Assembly: GCA_965238005.1 (NCBI GenBank) | Contig: OZ250165.1 | Span: 32,001-96,000, forward strand | DNA length: 64,000 bases | Direction of reading: 5' to 3' | Source of the DNA: Longimicrobiales bacterium | GTDB taxonomy: Bacteria; Gemmatimonadota; Gemmatimonadetes; Longimicrobiales; Gaopeijiaceae | Shown: positions 19,089-30,944 of the stretch, piece by piece | Numbering within the stretch: the stretch's first letter is position 1 | How the letters are laid out: each line of letters begins with the position of its first letter | The notes under the pieces: generated by a model | What the model was told of the DNA's origin: nothing | The model's input: the letters and a program-made list of their open reading frames with translations, nothing else | Database searches by the model: none | Translations under genes and position numbers: made by a program

Positions 19089-20366
19089 ATGAAGGGAGTC
19101 ACCTTCGACGTATCCATCCCGCGCTTCATCCTGGCGAAGACCGCCGGGAGGGTGACCGACTCTGCCTTCTTCGGCGCCCTCAGCGGGCTCAGGATACGGG
19201 ATCTTCCCGACCTCGAGCTCCCGGGGCCAGGCTGGGTCGAGATCGAGGTCATCGCGGGCGGGATCTGTGGGAGTGACATCGGGAACCTCACCTACGAGTC
19301 CAGCCCGGCCATGGAGCCCTTCGGCTCGTTTCCCGCCGTCCTGGGACACGAGATCTTCGGCCGTGTGAAGTCCGTGGGGGGCGAGGTGACGAGGGTCGAA
19401 GTCGGGCAACGGGTGACCGTGAACCCCGCGATCTCCTGCACCACCCGAGGCTACTCGAGGAGCGATCGCTGCCCGTCGTGCTCGTGGGGGTACCACTTCA
19501 CCTGCGAGCGGGCGGGCGAGGAGGCGCGGACCATGGTGGCCGGCCGCTGCCTCTCTGCCGGCACCACGGTGGGCTACCACCGGGATCTCCGGGGAGGGTG
19601 GGGCGAGACGGTCATCGCCCACGAATCCCAGGTCTTCCCCGTCGACGATGCGCTGTCCGACAACGCGGCCGTCCTGATCGAGCCTCTCTCCATCGCCATG
19701 CACGCGGTGCTCCAGACGTCGCCCAAGGAGCACGAGCCTGTTCTGGTCATCGGAAGCGGCACCATCGCGCTGGCCACCATCTGGGCGGTTCGTGCCGTGG
19801 GATACCAGGGCTTCCTCCTGGCACAGGCGAAGCGGGACCACGAACAGGAGTCGGCTCTGAAGATGGGAGCCAGCGACGTGGTGACGCCGGGGCCCGAGGC
19901 CCGGCAGGCGTTGGTGGACACCGGATCCCTGGCCTATATGCCCATCGTTGGCCCCGAGGTCTTCGCCGGGGGCGGCTTCCCCCTCATCTACGACTGCGTG
20001 GGCAACGACTCGAGCCTGAGCCAGTCCCTCCGATTCGCGTCACCCCGGGGGCGTGTCGTCGTCATCGGATGTGTGGGGGAGCTCAAGAAGCTGGACCTGA
20101 CCTTCCTGTGGGCTCGTGAGCTCCGGCTTCGGGGGTCGGTGGGCTACGGACAGGAGACGTGGAGGGGCGAGCGCCGCCACACCTTCGAGATCGCCCACGA
20201 TCTGCTCCTCGAGACGGGGACGCCGGTCGAGGAGATGGTGACCCACGCTTTCCCGCTCCATCAGTACCGTGACGCGCTGAAGGCGGCTGCGAATCACCGC
20301 CGTAGCGGCGCGGTGAAGGTGATCCTGCGGCCCGGCGCGAGCAGCCCGCTGCCCCGCGCTCGGTGA
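19089..20366 (+). CDS. Zinc-dependent alcohol dehydrogenase (MDR family)
   Basis: GGICGSD, LGHE, structural Zn cysteines, GSGTIA, YDCVG. Confidence 0.9.
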   Translation: MKGVTFDVSIPRFILAKTAGRVTDSAFFGALSGLRIRDLPDLELPGPGWVEIEVIAGGICGSDIGNLTYESSPAMEPFGSFPAVLGHEIFGRVKSVGGEVTRVEVGQRVTVNPAISCTTRGYSRSDRCPSCSWGYHFTCERAGEEARTMVAGRCLSAGTTVGYHRDLRGGWGETVIAHESQVFPVDDALSDNAAVLIEPLSIAMHAVLQTSPKEHEPVLVIGSGTIALATIWAVRAVGYQGFLLAQAKRDHEQESALKMGASDVVTPGPEARQALVDTGSLAYMPIVGPEVFAGGGFPLIYDCVGNDSSLSQSLRFASPRGRVVVIGCVGELKKLDLTFLWARELRLRGSVGYGQETWRGERRHTFEIAHDLLLETGTPVEEMVTHAFPLHQYRDALKAAANHRRSGAVKVILRPGASSPLPRAR

Positions 20367-20477
20367 TCGGAGGGGTAGTGGCGGTGAACCACCACCCCGC
20401 GGCTGATCAACGACCCCGCGCCTGATCAACCTCCCCGGCGGCCGATGATCCGCCGACCCCCGCGGCTGATAATCGCC

Positions 20478-21035
20478 CTAGAGTGGCAGCCGCAGAACCT
20501 CCGGATGAACGCGACTCCCCGACCGGGGTCCGGCAACGTCCACACCCTCGATCCCAAGGAGGGTGACCTTGCGGTGCTGTCCCCCCGAGTATCCGCCCAG
20601 CTTGCCGTCGCTCCGGACCACCCGGTGGCACGGCACGACGATGGGGAGCGGATTGGCTCCCACGGCCTGGCCGACGGCCCGGGCCGCGCCCGGATCTCCC
20701 AACTCGTCGGCGATGTCGCCGTACGAGACGATGCGGCCGTAGGGGATGTGCATGAGCCGCTCGAAGATGCGCCTCTGAAAGGTCGTGGCGCCCGAGAAGT
20801 CGAGAGGCAGGTCGAAGCCCTTCCGGCGGCTCTCGAGGTACTCGCGGAGCTGCCGGAGCGCGAGGGCCAGGGTGGTGTCGCTGGCCGGGTCCCAGTGGCT
20901 CTCTTCGATCATGTCCTGCTGGATGTAGCCTACCCGACGAACGCCGTTGCGCGTGACCCAGACCGCCAGGGGCCCGAGGGGTGTGTCTTCGAGAACGCCG
21001 GACAAGACCGCAGAGGCACCGTCACGCCCAGGCAT
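20478..21035 (-). CDS. ogt: Methylated-DNA-protein-cysteine S-methyltransferase
   Basis: IPYGRIVSYG, ARAVG...NPLPIVVPCHRV. Confidence 0.93.
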   Translation of the reverse strand: MPGRDGASAVLSGVLEDTPLGPLAVWVTRNGVRRVGYIQQDMIEESHWDPASDTTLALALRQLREYLESRRKGFDLPLDFSGATTFQRRIFERLMHIPYGRIVSYGDIADELGDPGAARAVGQAVGANPLPIVVPCHRVVRSDGKLGGYSGGQHRKVTLLGIEGVDVAGPRSGSRVHPEVLRLPL

Positions 21036-21541
21036 CAGTGCGCCGCCTCCCGCTCGCCAAGGACGCTGCCGCCGGTGCTTCCCTGGCTCTCGCTCGGTCC
21101 GGCCCTCCGCTCGTCACGCAGGGCCTCTCGCAGGGCGTCGAAGGCCAGGAGCGCGCACTTGATGCGAACGGGGAACTTGCTGACGCCCTGAAGAGCTCTC
21201 AGGTCCCCCATCGAACGGTCATTCGCCGCCTCCTCGCTGCCGTGCATCATCTCGGTAAAGCGGTCGGCCAGCTTGATGGCGTGGCTGCGGCTCCCCCCCT
21301 TAACGAGAGCCGTCATCATCGACACGGACGCCTGGGATATGGAGCAGCCCTGGCCCACGAAGCGGATGTCCTCTATTGCGTCCCCGTCCAGACGCAGTTG
21401 GACCGTGATTTCGTCTCCGCACACCGGGTTGCTCACGCGAGCCTCCACCGTGTGATCCGCCAGCTCCGACTTGTTCCGCGGATTGCGGTAGTGCTCGAGA
21501 ATGAGCTGCTGGTAGAGAGAGGTCAGCGAGGGTTCCGTCAT
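21035..21541 (-). CDS. sufU: SUF system NifU-like protein SufU
   Basis: LYQQLILEHYRNPRN, NPVCGD, GCSISQAS, RIKCALL. Confidence 0.95.
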   Translation of the reverse strand: MTEPSLTSLYQQLILEHYRNPRNKSELADHTVEARVSNPVCGDEITVQLRLDGDAIEDIRFVGQGCSISQASVSMMTALVKGGSRSHAIKLADRFTEMMHGSEEAANDRSMGDLRALQGVSKFPVRIKCALLAFDALREALRDERRAGPSESQGSTGGSVLGEREAAH

Positions 21542-21627
21542 CAGCTAGTCGCGAAATAGGGGAACTGAATCAGCTATAGTACTGCCTCGGTCCCGAGATT
21601 TCGAATTTGAGCTTCCGAGGCGGGTCG

Positions 21628-22875
21628 TCAGGCCGTGCCGAAAATCCCCTGGACCAGACCCAGGCCTTCGGCCAGCTGGTCCACGTCCTCCAGAGAATTG
21701 TAGAGGTAGAAGGACGCTCGCGCGGTGGCCGAGACGCCGAAGTGCTGCATGACGAGCTGAGCGCAGTGGTGGCCCGCGCGGATGGCGATCCCCTCGGAAT
21801 CGAGAATCGTGGAGATGTCGTGGGGGTGGGCGTCACCCATGAGGAACGACACGACTCCAGACCGCTCGTTCAGGTCGGTGGGGCCGAAGATCCGGACGTC
21901 ATCGACGTCGCTCAGCCGCTCGATGGCATAGGACATCACGTCCCGCCCGTGCTCGGCGATGGCGTCGAAGCCCAGCTCCTCCAGGAAGTCCACGGCGGCG
22001 GCGATGCCGATGGCCCCCGCGATGTTCGGGGTACCGGCCTCGAACTTGTGGGGCACCTCGGCCCAGGTGCTCTCCTCCCGACCCACGATCCGGATCATCT
22101 CGCCCCCGCCATGATACGGCGGCATGGACTCCAGGAGCTCCCTACGAGCCCAGAGTCCGCCGATGCCGGTGGGCCCGCACATCTTGTGGCCCGAGAAGGC
22201 GTAGAAGTCGCAGCCCAGCGCCTGGACGTCGACCCGGCGGTGGGGAACGGCCTGTGCTCCGTCCACCAGCACGAGAGCGCCAGCGGCTTTGGCCTGCTCG
22301 GCGATGTCACGGACCGGGTTGACGGTCCCCAGGGCGTTCGACACATGGGAGATGGCGACCAGCCGGGTGCGCTCGGTGAGCAGCTCCGGAAGGTGGTCGA
22401 GGATGAGCCGGCCCTCGTCGTCCATCTCGATGTACTTGAGCCTCGCGCCGGTGCGGCGCGCCACCAGCTGCCAGGGGACGATGTTGGAGTGGTGCTCCAT
22501 GGTGCTGAGGAGGATCTCGTCCCCCTCCCGGAGGTTCTCGAGTCCCCAACTGCCGGCGACCAGGTTGATGGCCTCGGTCGTGCCACGCGTCCACACCAGC
22601 TCGTGGGCCTCGGCGGCGCCGATGAAGCGGGCCACCCTGGCCCTGGCCTCCTCGTAGGCCAAGGTGGACCTGCGGCTCAGCTCGTGGATGCCCCGATGGA
22701 CATTGGCGTTGGTGTGCTCGTAGTACTCGTTCAGGGCGTCGATGACGCTCTGCGGCTTCTGGGAGGTGGCGGCGTTGTCGAGGTAGACGAGGGGCTTTCC
22801 ACCGACCTCTTCACGCAGGATCGGGAAGCGGTCTCGCACGGCGGCCCAGTCGAGCCGAGGGGTTGTGACAGGCAT
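21628..22875 (-). CDS. sufS: Cysteine desulfurase SufS
   Basis: YLDNAATSQKP, FSGHKMCGPTG, RAGHHCA. Confidence 0.96.
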   Translation of the reverse strand: MPVTTPRLDWAAVRDRFPILREEVGGKPLVYLDNAATSQKPQSVIDALNEYYEHTNANVHRGIHELSRRSTLAYEEARARVARFIGAAEAHELVWTRGTTEAINLVAGSWGLENLREGDEILLSTMEHHSNIVPWQLVARRTGARLKYIEMDDEGRLILDHLPELLTERTRLVAISHVSNALGTVNPVRDIAEQAKAAGALVLVDGAQAVPHRRVDVQALGCDFYAFSGHKMCGPTGIGGLWARRELLESMPPYHGGGEMIRIVGREESTWAEVPHKFEAGTPNIAGAIGIAAAVDFLEELGFDAIAEHGRDVMSYAIERLSDVDDVRIFGPTDLNERSGVVSFLMGDAHPHDISTILDSEGIAIRAGHHCAQLVMQHFGVSATARASFYLYNSLEDVDQLAEGLGLVQGIFGTA

Positions 22876-22897
22876 GGCGATAAGCCTTCAGGACATG

Positions 22898-23224
22898 CTA
22901 GATCTGTACGAAGATCTCTTGGTCCCTGACCTCAACGTCGAAGGATTTCACGGGCCGGATCGCGGGCAGCTGCGTGGCCCGTCCGGTGCATACGTCAAAC
23001 TTGGCACCATGGTACATGCATTCCAACTCGTTACCCTCGAGCTCTCCGTCGGAGAGCGGGAATTCCTGGTGTGAGCACTCATCCTTGAGGGCGTAGATGT
23101 TTCCGTCGACGTTGGCGAGAACGACCCTCACGTCCCCGACCTCCACGTCCAGGAGGTTCCCCGGTGGGCACTGATCGAGCTCGGCGACCTTCACCCACTC
23201 CGCTGCGCTGGCTTCATTGGACAT
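22898..23224 (-). CDS. Rieske-type ferredoxin
   Basis: CSH...CMYHG Rieske ligands. Confidence 0.92.
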   Translation of the reverse strand: MSNEASAAEWVKVAELDQCPPGNLLDVEVGDVRVVLANVDGNIYALKDECSHQEFPLSDGELEGNELECMYHGAKFDVCTGRATQLPAIRPVKSFDVEVRDQEIFVQI

Positions 23225-24580
23225 GCGCCTGCAGCTTCTGCTCGATGGCCCGCGTGACCTTCTCCACGACGCCGCCCAAGGGCAGTCGGGAGATGACGTC
23301 GCCCAGGAACCCGAGGACCACCAGTCGCTCCGCCTGCTGGCGGCTGAGTCCCCGGCTCAGCAGGTAGAACAGCGCCTCGGCGTCGAGCTGGCCCACCGTG
23401 GCCCCGTGGGAGCACTTCACGTCGTCGGCCTCGATCTCGAGGTTGGGTAGCGAGTCCGCCCGTGCCTCGTCAGAGAGGAGCAGGTTGCGGTTCGTCTGAT
23501 ACGCGTCCGTCCCCTGGGCTCCGGGATGGACCCGGATGATCCCCCGGAACGCGGCGCGCGAGGCACCGTCCAGGGCGCCCTTGTACAGCAGGTCGCTCCT
23601 GGTGTTGGGAGCCACGTGATCCTGGCTCGTGTTGTGATCGAAGTGCTGGTCCTCGTCGCCGAAGTAAAGGCCCAGCATGTCGCTGTTGGCTCCGGGCCCC
23701 AGAAGCCGGGCATTCAAGTCGACTCGACTCACCGACCCACCCAGGCTCACGTTGAGCGTGTCGAGCGTCGAGTCACGGTGCGCAAGCGTCCGCTGGGCCG
23801 ACTGACAGAACACGCCGCGACCTGACCGCTGGATGGACACGTACTGAACTTGAGCGCCGTCCTTTGCGATGATCTCGACGGCGGAGGACGACAGCGTGCA
23901 CTCGTCGGCGTCCTGGGACAGGAGCTCCTCGACGTACGACACCTGGCTGCCGGCCTCTGCGATGACGAGGGTCCGGGTGCAGACGGCCGAGCCGGCCTGC
24001 GAGAGCCAGCGAGTGGCCCGCACCGGAAGCTCGAGACGCGCGCCGCGGGGAACGTAGAGGACGACTCCGTCCGTCCAGAGCGCCGCGTTCAGGGCTTCGA
24101 ACTTTCCCTGCTCGGGCGGGAGAGCGTCGACGGCGAGGTGCTCCTCCACCAGGTCTGCGTGATCCTCCACGGCGGACCGCAGGGAGGTGAGGATAATTCC
24201 CTGGGCCGCCAGATCCGCTTCCAGGTCGACGTGCACCGCCAGGCCGTCCACAAGCACCGAATGCCCCGACGCGGCCCGGTCCTCGCCCATGGCGTCCTCC
24301 AGGAGTTTGGGTCGTGGCGCGTCCGGGTCGGTATCCTCCGGCATGAGGAGCCTCAGCGACTCGAGATCGACGATCCGGGAGAGGTCGGTGTAGCGCCACT
24401 CCTCCGAGCGGGTGGTGGGAAGGGAGGTGTCCTCGTAGACGGACCACGCGTGCTCTCGGCGCCGGCACAGCCAGTCCGGGGCGCCTCGACCTCGACCCAG
24501 GCGCTCGACCGCTGCGCCGTCGAGGGAAGCCGTGGCGTCCTCCCGCTCCAGGGTCGACATGGCCCCGGTCGTGCTCGTCA

Positions 24581-24581
<1 letters not shown>
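23214..24581 (-). CDS. sufD: Fe-S assembly protein SufD
   Basis: EEWRYTD, NRNLLLS, PNLEIEADDVKCSHGATVG, FYLLSRG. Confidence 0.95.
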
Positions 24582-25996
<1,415 letters not shown>

Positions 25997-26071
25997 GACC
26001 GTTGTCCTGCTGAAGTCGGCGGGTGATCCCGCTAGAAATCTAGTGTCTTACGTATCTTGGGTGTTAGGGGG

Positions 26072-26851
26072 CTATACCGAAACCTCTTCCCTTTCCTTCC
26101 AGTCTGAGTACCCCTGCTCCTCCAACTCCACCGCCACCTCCGGCCCACCGGTCCGCACGATCCGGCCGTCCACCATCACGTGCACCACATCGGGCGTGAT
26201 GTAGTTGAGGAGACGCTGATAGTGGGTGATGACCAGGACGGTCATCTCGGGGTCCTCCTCGCGCAGCTTGTTCACCCCGTTGGCCACGATCTTGACGGCG
26301 TCGATGTCCAGGCCCGAGTCGGTCTCGTCCATTACCGCCAGCGCAGGCCGTAGAACGGCCATCTGGAGGATCTCGTTTCGCTTCTTCTCGCCTCCGCTGA
26401 AGCCGTCGTTCACGGAGCGCTCGGCGAAGGCTGGCTCCATGTCCAGGAGCTCCATGCGGTCGATGAGCTCGTCCTGGAAATCGAAGAGGTCGAGATCCTC
26501 GTCGCCTCCCAGTCGAGCCTGGAGGGCGGTCCTCAGGAAGTTGGCGATGGAGACCCCGGGGATCTCGGCGGGGTACTGGAACGCGAGGAATATCCCCGCA
26601 AGCGCGCGCTCGTCCGGCTCCATCTCGAGGATGGACTCCTCACGGTATGTAACGTCGCCGGCCGTGACCTCGTGTCCGGGGTGGCCGGCCAGGACCTTGG
26701 CGAGGGTGCTCTTGCCGGAGCCGTTGGGCCCCATGATGGCGTGGATCTCGCCCCGCTGGAGCTCGAGATCCACCCCGTTCAAAATCGGGAGATCCTCGTC
26801 GACGACCTTGGCATGAAGGCCGGTAATCTTAAGAATTGGAGTGTCAGCCAT
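26072..26851 (-). CDS. sufC: Fe-S assembly ATPase SufC
   Basis: GPNGSGKST, FQYP, FSGGEKKRNE, DETDSGLD, ITHYQR. Confidence 0.97.
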   Translation of the reverse strand: MADTPILKITGLHAKVVDEDLPILNGVDLELQRGEIHAIMGPNGSGKSTLAKVLAGHPGHEVTAGDVTYREESILEMEPDERALAGIFLAFQYPAEIPGVSIANFLRTALQARLGGDEDLDLFDFQDELIDRMELLDMEPAFAERSVNDGFSGGEKKRNEILQMAVLRPALAVMDETDSGLDIDAVKIVANGVNKLREEDPEMTVLVITHYQRLLNYITPDVVHVMVDGRIVRTGGPEVAVELEEQGYSDWKEREEVSV

Positions 26852-26881
26852 GGGGGCGGAACTCTGGCGAATAGACCTTAT

Positions 26882-26896
26882 TGAGAATGATTCTTC
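26882..26896. promoter_or_regulatory. Fur-box-like operator upstream of sufC
   Basis: TGAGAATGATTCTTC resembles the 7-1-7 TGAnAAT-n-ATTnTCA consensus, in an AT-rich patch ~30 bp upstream of the sufC start. Confidence 0.55.
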
Positions 26897-26966
26897 TTTT
26901 CATCAAAGCTAGAGAGGTGTGGATGTACCGTCAAGCTGAGCCACTGTTCCATGAGGTGGCTCGACC

Positions 26967-27863
26967 GTGACGACCTCCTTCGAGCACGGTGGTCCGAGCG
27001 GCGTGTCCCGCGACGTGTCCGGCGGCGTGTCCGGCGACGTGACCGGCGACGTGACGTGGCTGATCATGGGGGGCGGAGCCCTCAAGGGACTGGCCCACAT
27101 CGGAGCTTGGAAGGCCGTCCAGGAGGCTGGCGTTCCGGTAGCCGGAATCATCGGGACGAGCATCGGAGCCATGGTCGGGGCCGCCTTCGCGGGAGGCCGC
27201 AGCGTCGAGGAGATGGAGGCCTCTGCACGTAGCCTGAAGCGACGCGACCTCATCCGGCTGAACCGCCGGGCCGTGTGGATCAACGGCATCCGTGCCGCAA
27301 GCGTGTTCCAGGGAGGCCCTCTCAGGGAGTACATCCGTGGGCTCCTTCCAACGGAGCGTTGGCATGAGCTTCAGATTCCGATGGCCGTGAACGTGGTCGA
27401 CCTGGCGTCGGGCGAGACGGTCTGGCTCGGCCATCGGGGTGACACCGACATCCCTCTGGTCGACGCAGTATATGCGTCGTGTGCGCTTCCGGTTCTGTTT
27501 CCGTTGGCGGAGGTGGATGGTCGATTCCTCATGGACGGTGGTGTTCAGGAGACGCTGCCTCTGCAGCGGGCCTCGGACATGGGGGCCACCCGCATCATCG
27601 CCGTCGATGCCGGGGCGGGCCCGGACGCAGACGCCCGCCTGGTTGCCAAGGAGGGGCTGGTGGCGGTCCATCAGAGGGTCTTCGCCATCATGTCCGGTCA
27701 GAAGCGGAAGGACACGGTACGCGATTGGACAGGCGTCCCGTTGACCCTGGTGCGGCCCGATCTGGAGGCCCAGGGAGGCTTCGACTTCGACCGGATCGAG
27801 TACTTTCTGGAAGAGGGGTATCGGGCCACCCGAGAGGCTCTTTCCGTCAAGGTCGATGTCTGA
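26967..27863 (+). CDS. Patatin-like phospholipase
   Basis: GGGALKG, GTSIG, DGG motifs. Confidence 0.92.
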   Translation: MTTSFEHGGPSGVSRDVSGGVSGDVTGDVTWLIMGGGALKGLAHIGAWKAVQEAGVPVAGIIGTSIGAMVGAAFAGGRSVEEMEASARSLKRRDLIRLNRRAVWINGIRAASVFQGGPLREYIRGLLPTERWHELQIPMAVNVVDLASGETVWLGHRGDTDIPLVDAVYASCALPVLFPLAEVDGRFLMDGGVQETLPLQRASDMGATRIIAVDAGAGPDADARLVAKEGLVAVHQRVFAIMSGQKRKDTVRDWTGVPLTLVRPDLEAQGGFDFDRIEYFLEEGYRATREALSVKVDV

Positions 27864-28254
27864 CTCTTCACGACGGCCAGTATTCTCCAGGGCCCTCCTG
27901 TTCCTGGCGGTACTGCTGGGCGCCTCGGGCTGCGGAGACGTGGCGCCGGTCAGCGCACCCGGAACCCTGACCGCCACCGTCGAGTCGCCCAACGGGGCGG
28001 AGGGCGCGGCGCTGATCCGTCTCATCGGCGGGGGTGTCGCGTTCCTGGAGCCACTCACCGGCGATCTCCACAATAGCGTCGTGGGCGATACCACGAAGGT
28101 CCTCGTGGTCTTGGACACCCCGGGGGACGTTGCATTCCGCTTGAACGTTGCCGACACGACGCGACCGCCGGTGGCGACGCTGCTCCAGGTCGCCGACGGT
28201 CAGAACGAGCTGAGGGCCGGCTTGCTCGGATACAGCGTGAGGTTCACACCGTGA
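27856..28254 (+). CDS. Hypothetical lipoprotein
   Basis: Signal peptide with ASGC lipobox; overlaps both neighbours. Confidence 0.7.
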   Translation: MSDSSRRPVFSRALLFLAVLLGASGCGDVAPVSAPGTLTATVESPNGAEGAALIRLIGGGVAFLEPLTGDLHNSVVGDTTKVLVVLDTPGDVAFRLNVADTTRPPVATLLQVADGQNELRAGLLGYSVRFTP

Positions 28255-30143
28255 GCCGGTGGATGGTCCTCTGGGTATTCGCCGGGATGGCGTCGTGGGG
28301 GGCCTTGGGAGAGGCGCACGCCCAGGACATCGAGGCCCTCGCAGAGATCCGGGGCATCATGTTACCGCACGAGTACTACGATCGCGTTCTGCGGAACCCC
28401 GACGTCTTCGAGCTTCCACAAGTGTGGAGAGGCCAGAGGCCCCAGGCGGTGCACGGTCAGAGGATGCCGGTGGCCGGGCGGTTCCAACTCCTGGTCATTC
28501 CCGCGCTCTTTGCGGACTCGGAAGAGCCCCTGTTCCCCGTGGAGGACATCCGAAGAGTCATCTTCGACGGACCTTCGGAGGCCGGCACGCTCACGGACTT
28601 CTACCTCGAGGCGTCGGGTGGGCTCCTGGAGGTCGAGGGGGTCGTAGCCCCGTGGGTACGGACCAGCCTCACGGTTGCCGAGGTGGTGGGCGAGAGCTTC
28701 GGGCTGGGCGACAACACCGGGACCGGGAATTTCCTGGTGGAGGCCGTGACCCTGGCCGACGAGGTCATCGACTTCACGCAGTTCGACAACGACGGCGCGG
28801 ACGGCGTCCCGAACAGCGGTGACGACGACGGGATCGTCGACGTGGTGAACTTCGAGTTCCAGGAGGTCTCGGCGTCGTGCGGTGGGCCGGCCATCTGGCC
28901 CCACCGGAGCGCCATGTTCTTCTGGCTGGGCGACGCATTGGCGACCCAGGACGTGGGCTTCGACGGCACCCCCATACTCTTGTTGGGATACACGATCACG
29001 AGCGCGGCCGACTGCACGGGCGAGACCCTCCAGACTGCGGGCGTCGTCTCTCACGAGTTCGGGCACGTCCTGGGCCTTCCGGACCTTTATCATCCCATCG
29101 ACGGACTCGAGCCACAGTTCCGCCGGTGGGTGCTCGGATGCTGGGGCCTCATGGCCGCGGGCTCCTGGGGGTGCGGAGACGGAACCACGCGGGGAGACAG
29201 CTTCGGGCCCACGCACTTCAGCCCCTGGTCCAAGGAGCAGCTCGGCTGGGTCCAGTGGCTCGAGGTGGGAGACGTGTTCGACGAGGAGTACGTCATGGGC
29301 CCGGCTCAGCAGAGCCGCCAGGCGCTCTGGGTCCCGCTGGACGACGACGGCGTCGAGTTCCTGGTTCTCGAGTACCGTCCGCAGACGGGCTTCGACGCCA
29401 ACCTACCGTCCTCCGGTGTCCTCATGTACCACTGGGATACGGAGGGTTCACGACGTCCAGATCGGGGAACGGGCGTTCACTACCTCTTCGCCATGGTGGA
29501 GGCGGACGGCCGCACGGACCTCCGCCTCACGGCCCTGAACGGAGGCAATCGAGGCGGGGCCTCGGACGCCTGGGGGCTCGGCGCGTCTCCGGTGCTCCTG
29601 AACAACGAGACCAGCCCCGGGACGCGTCGTCACGCCGGATCCGCTCCGAGTCGCGTGACGGTCCACTCCATCGCCTTGGCCGGGGGCGAGGCCCGCGTTC
29701 GGCTCACCACCAGCCGAGTACCCGGCATCGTGGACGTGGGCGCCTTGCCGGACGGGAGCCAATTCAACCCCTACACGGGCCGGCTGACCATCGCCGGGGG
29801 GCTGATGCCCTACACGGCGTTCATAGATGACGCCCTGCCGTCTGGTGGCATGACCGTGGCCACGGACAGAATGGAGCTCGTCGTGGGCGGGGCGCCAGAG
29901 CTCATTGGCGACTTAGAGCTCAGCGTCGGCATCGAGGACTCCCAGGGCAACGTGCGCATCGTGGTCGTGCCTCTGACCGTGAGGGCGTTCGTGATGACCC
30001 TGGAGCGGGCTCTGACCCCGTTTCTCGATTCCGAGGCCGTGCCCCTCAATGCCGGTGAGCGGTTGATTCTCGACTCACGTGGGAACGACAACGGCTTCTA
30101 CGACATCGGGGATCTGCGGGCCTTCCTGCGAGGGGGCGCCTGA
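28251..30143 (+). CDS. Secreted M6-family (immune inhibitor A-like) metalloprotease
   Basis: Signal peptide; FDNDGADG..DDDGIVD, IWPH, HEFGHVLGLPDLY, WGLMAAG. Confidence 0.9.
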   Translation: MSRWMVLWVFAGMASWGALGEAHAQDIEALAEIRGIMLPHEYYDRVLRNPDVFELPQVWRGQRPQAVHGQRMPVAGRFQLLVIPALFADSEEPLFPVEDIRRVIFDGPSEAGTLTDFYLEASGGLLEVEGVVAPWVRTSLTVAEVVGESFGLGDNTGTGNFLVEAVTLADEVIDFTQFDNDGADGVPNSGDDDGIVDVVNFEFQEVSASCGGPAIWPHRSAMFFWLGDALATQDVGFDGTPILLLGYTITSAADCTGETLQTAGVVSHEFGHVLGLPDLYHPIDGLEPQFRRWVLGCWGLMAAGSWGCGDGTTRGDSFGPTHFSPWSKEQLGWVQWLEVGDVFDEEYVMGPAQQSRQALWVPLDDDGVEFLVLEYRPQTGFDANLPSSGVLMYHWDTEGSRRPDRGTGVHYLFAMVEADGRTDLRLTALNGGNRGGASDAWGLGASPVLLNNETSPGTRRHAGSAPSRVTVHSIALAGGEARVRLTTSRVPGIVDVGALPDGSQFNPYTGRLTIAGGLMPYTAFIDDALPSGGMTVATDRMELVVGGAPELIGDLELSVGIEDSQGNVRIVVVPLTVRAFVMTLERALTPFLDSEAVPLNAGERLILDSRGNDNGFYDIGDLRAFLRGGA

Positions 30144-30144
30144 G

Positions 30145-30933
30145 CTACAAGGAGGCGGCCGAGCTCTGCATCTCCTGGGACTCGAAGAACGACTGAAGCA
30201 CACGGGCCACCCCCTCCCGGGTGGATATGGCTGCGGGAGGACATCCCACGTACTGCTGAAACGCTCGACGGAGAGCCGAGTTCGTCGAGTATCCGAGGGC
30301 GTGGGCCACACCCTCCACCGTGGCGGTGTCCCCCTGGAGCAGGCGAGCCGCCTGGAATAGTCGTCCCCAGAGGAGGAGGGCTCGTGGCGACGGAAGACCG
30401 TGGCGACTCAGCTCCCTCGCGAGCTTGCTTCGGGACAGCCCCATGCTCTTCGCCAACTCGTCCACGCCGGGGCGCTCGAAGGAGTGCTCCATGGACCATC
30501 GGACGACGGCTACGCCCAAAGCCGCGAGGCGCCCCTCGAGCGCGGTCTCCACGGCCCCCGCGGCAGGCCGAGGCGAGCGAGCGGCTGAGGTGGCCCGAAT
30601 GGCCGGCGCCGAGTCTTCGAGGCCGGCCAGGATCACGGCATCGATCTGTTGCCGCCCCACCTCGAAGAGGTCCAGCTCCCGATCGGTGAAGTCCGGGTAG
30701 ACGACGATGGCCAGGTCGGGACGCCTCCGCCTCAGTCGTCCGAGCTTCGGAGGGGGAACGGCGCCGGTGGGAGGGTAGATGTCGATGATGCAGCCCGACC
30801 AGGGAGCTTTGGGGGCGGCGCTCCACAGCCTCGCCCAGGTCCGGTGGGACCGGAGCTCGTACTTGGATCCCAGCGCGTCGGCCAGCCGAGCCGTCGCGCG
30901 AGGATCGGGCTGGAGGACCGCTAGTGTCAACAC
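30145..30933 (-). CDS. AraC-family transcriptional regulator
   Basis: C-terminal double HTH (VDELAKSMGLSRSKL...VEGVAHALGYSTNSALRRAF...G.PP). Confidence 0.85.
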   Translation of the reverse strand: MLTLAVLQPDPRATARLADALGSKYELRSHRTWARLWSAAPKAPWSGCIIDIYPPTGAVPPPKLGRLRRRRPDLAIVVYPDFTDRELDLFEVGRQQIDAVILAGLEDSAPAIRATSAARSPRPAAGAVETALEGRLAALGVAVVRWSMEHSFERPGVDELAKSMGLSRSKLARELSRHGLPSPRALLLWGRLFQAARLLQGDTATVEGVAHALGYSTNSALRRAFQQYVGCPPAAISTREGVARVLQSFFESQEMQSSAASL

Positions 30934-30944
30934 GTTGTTGTGGG

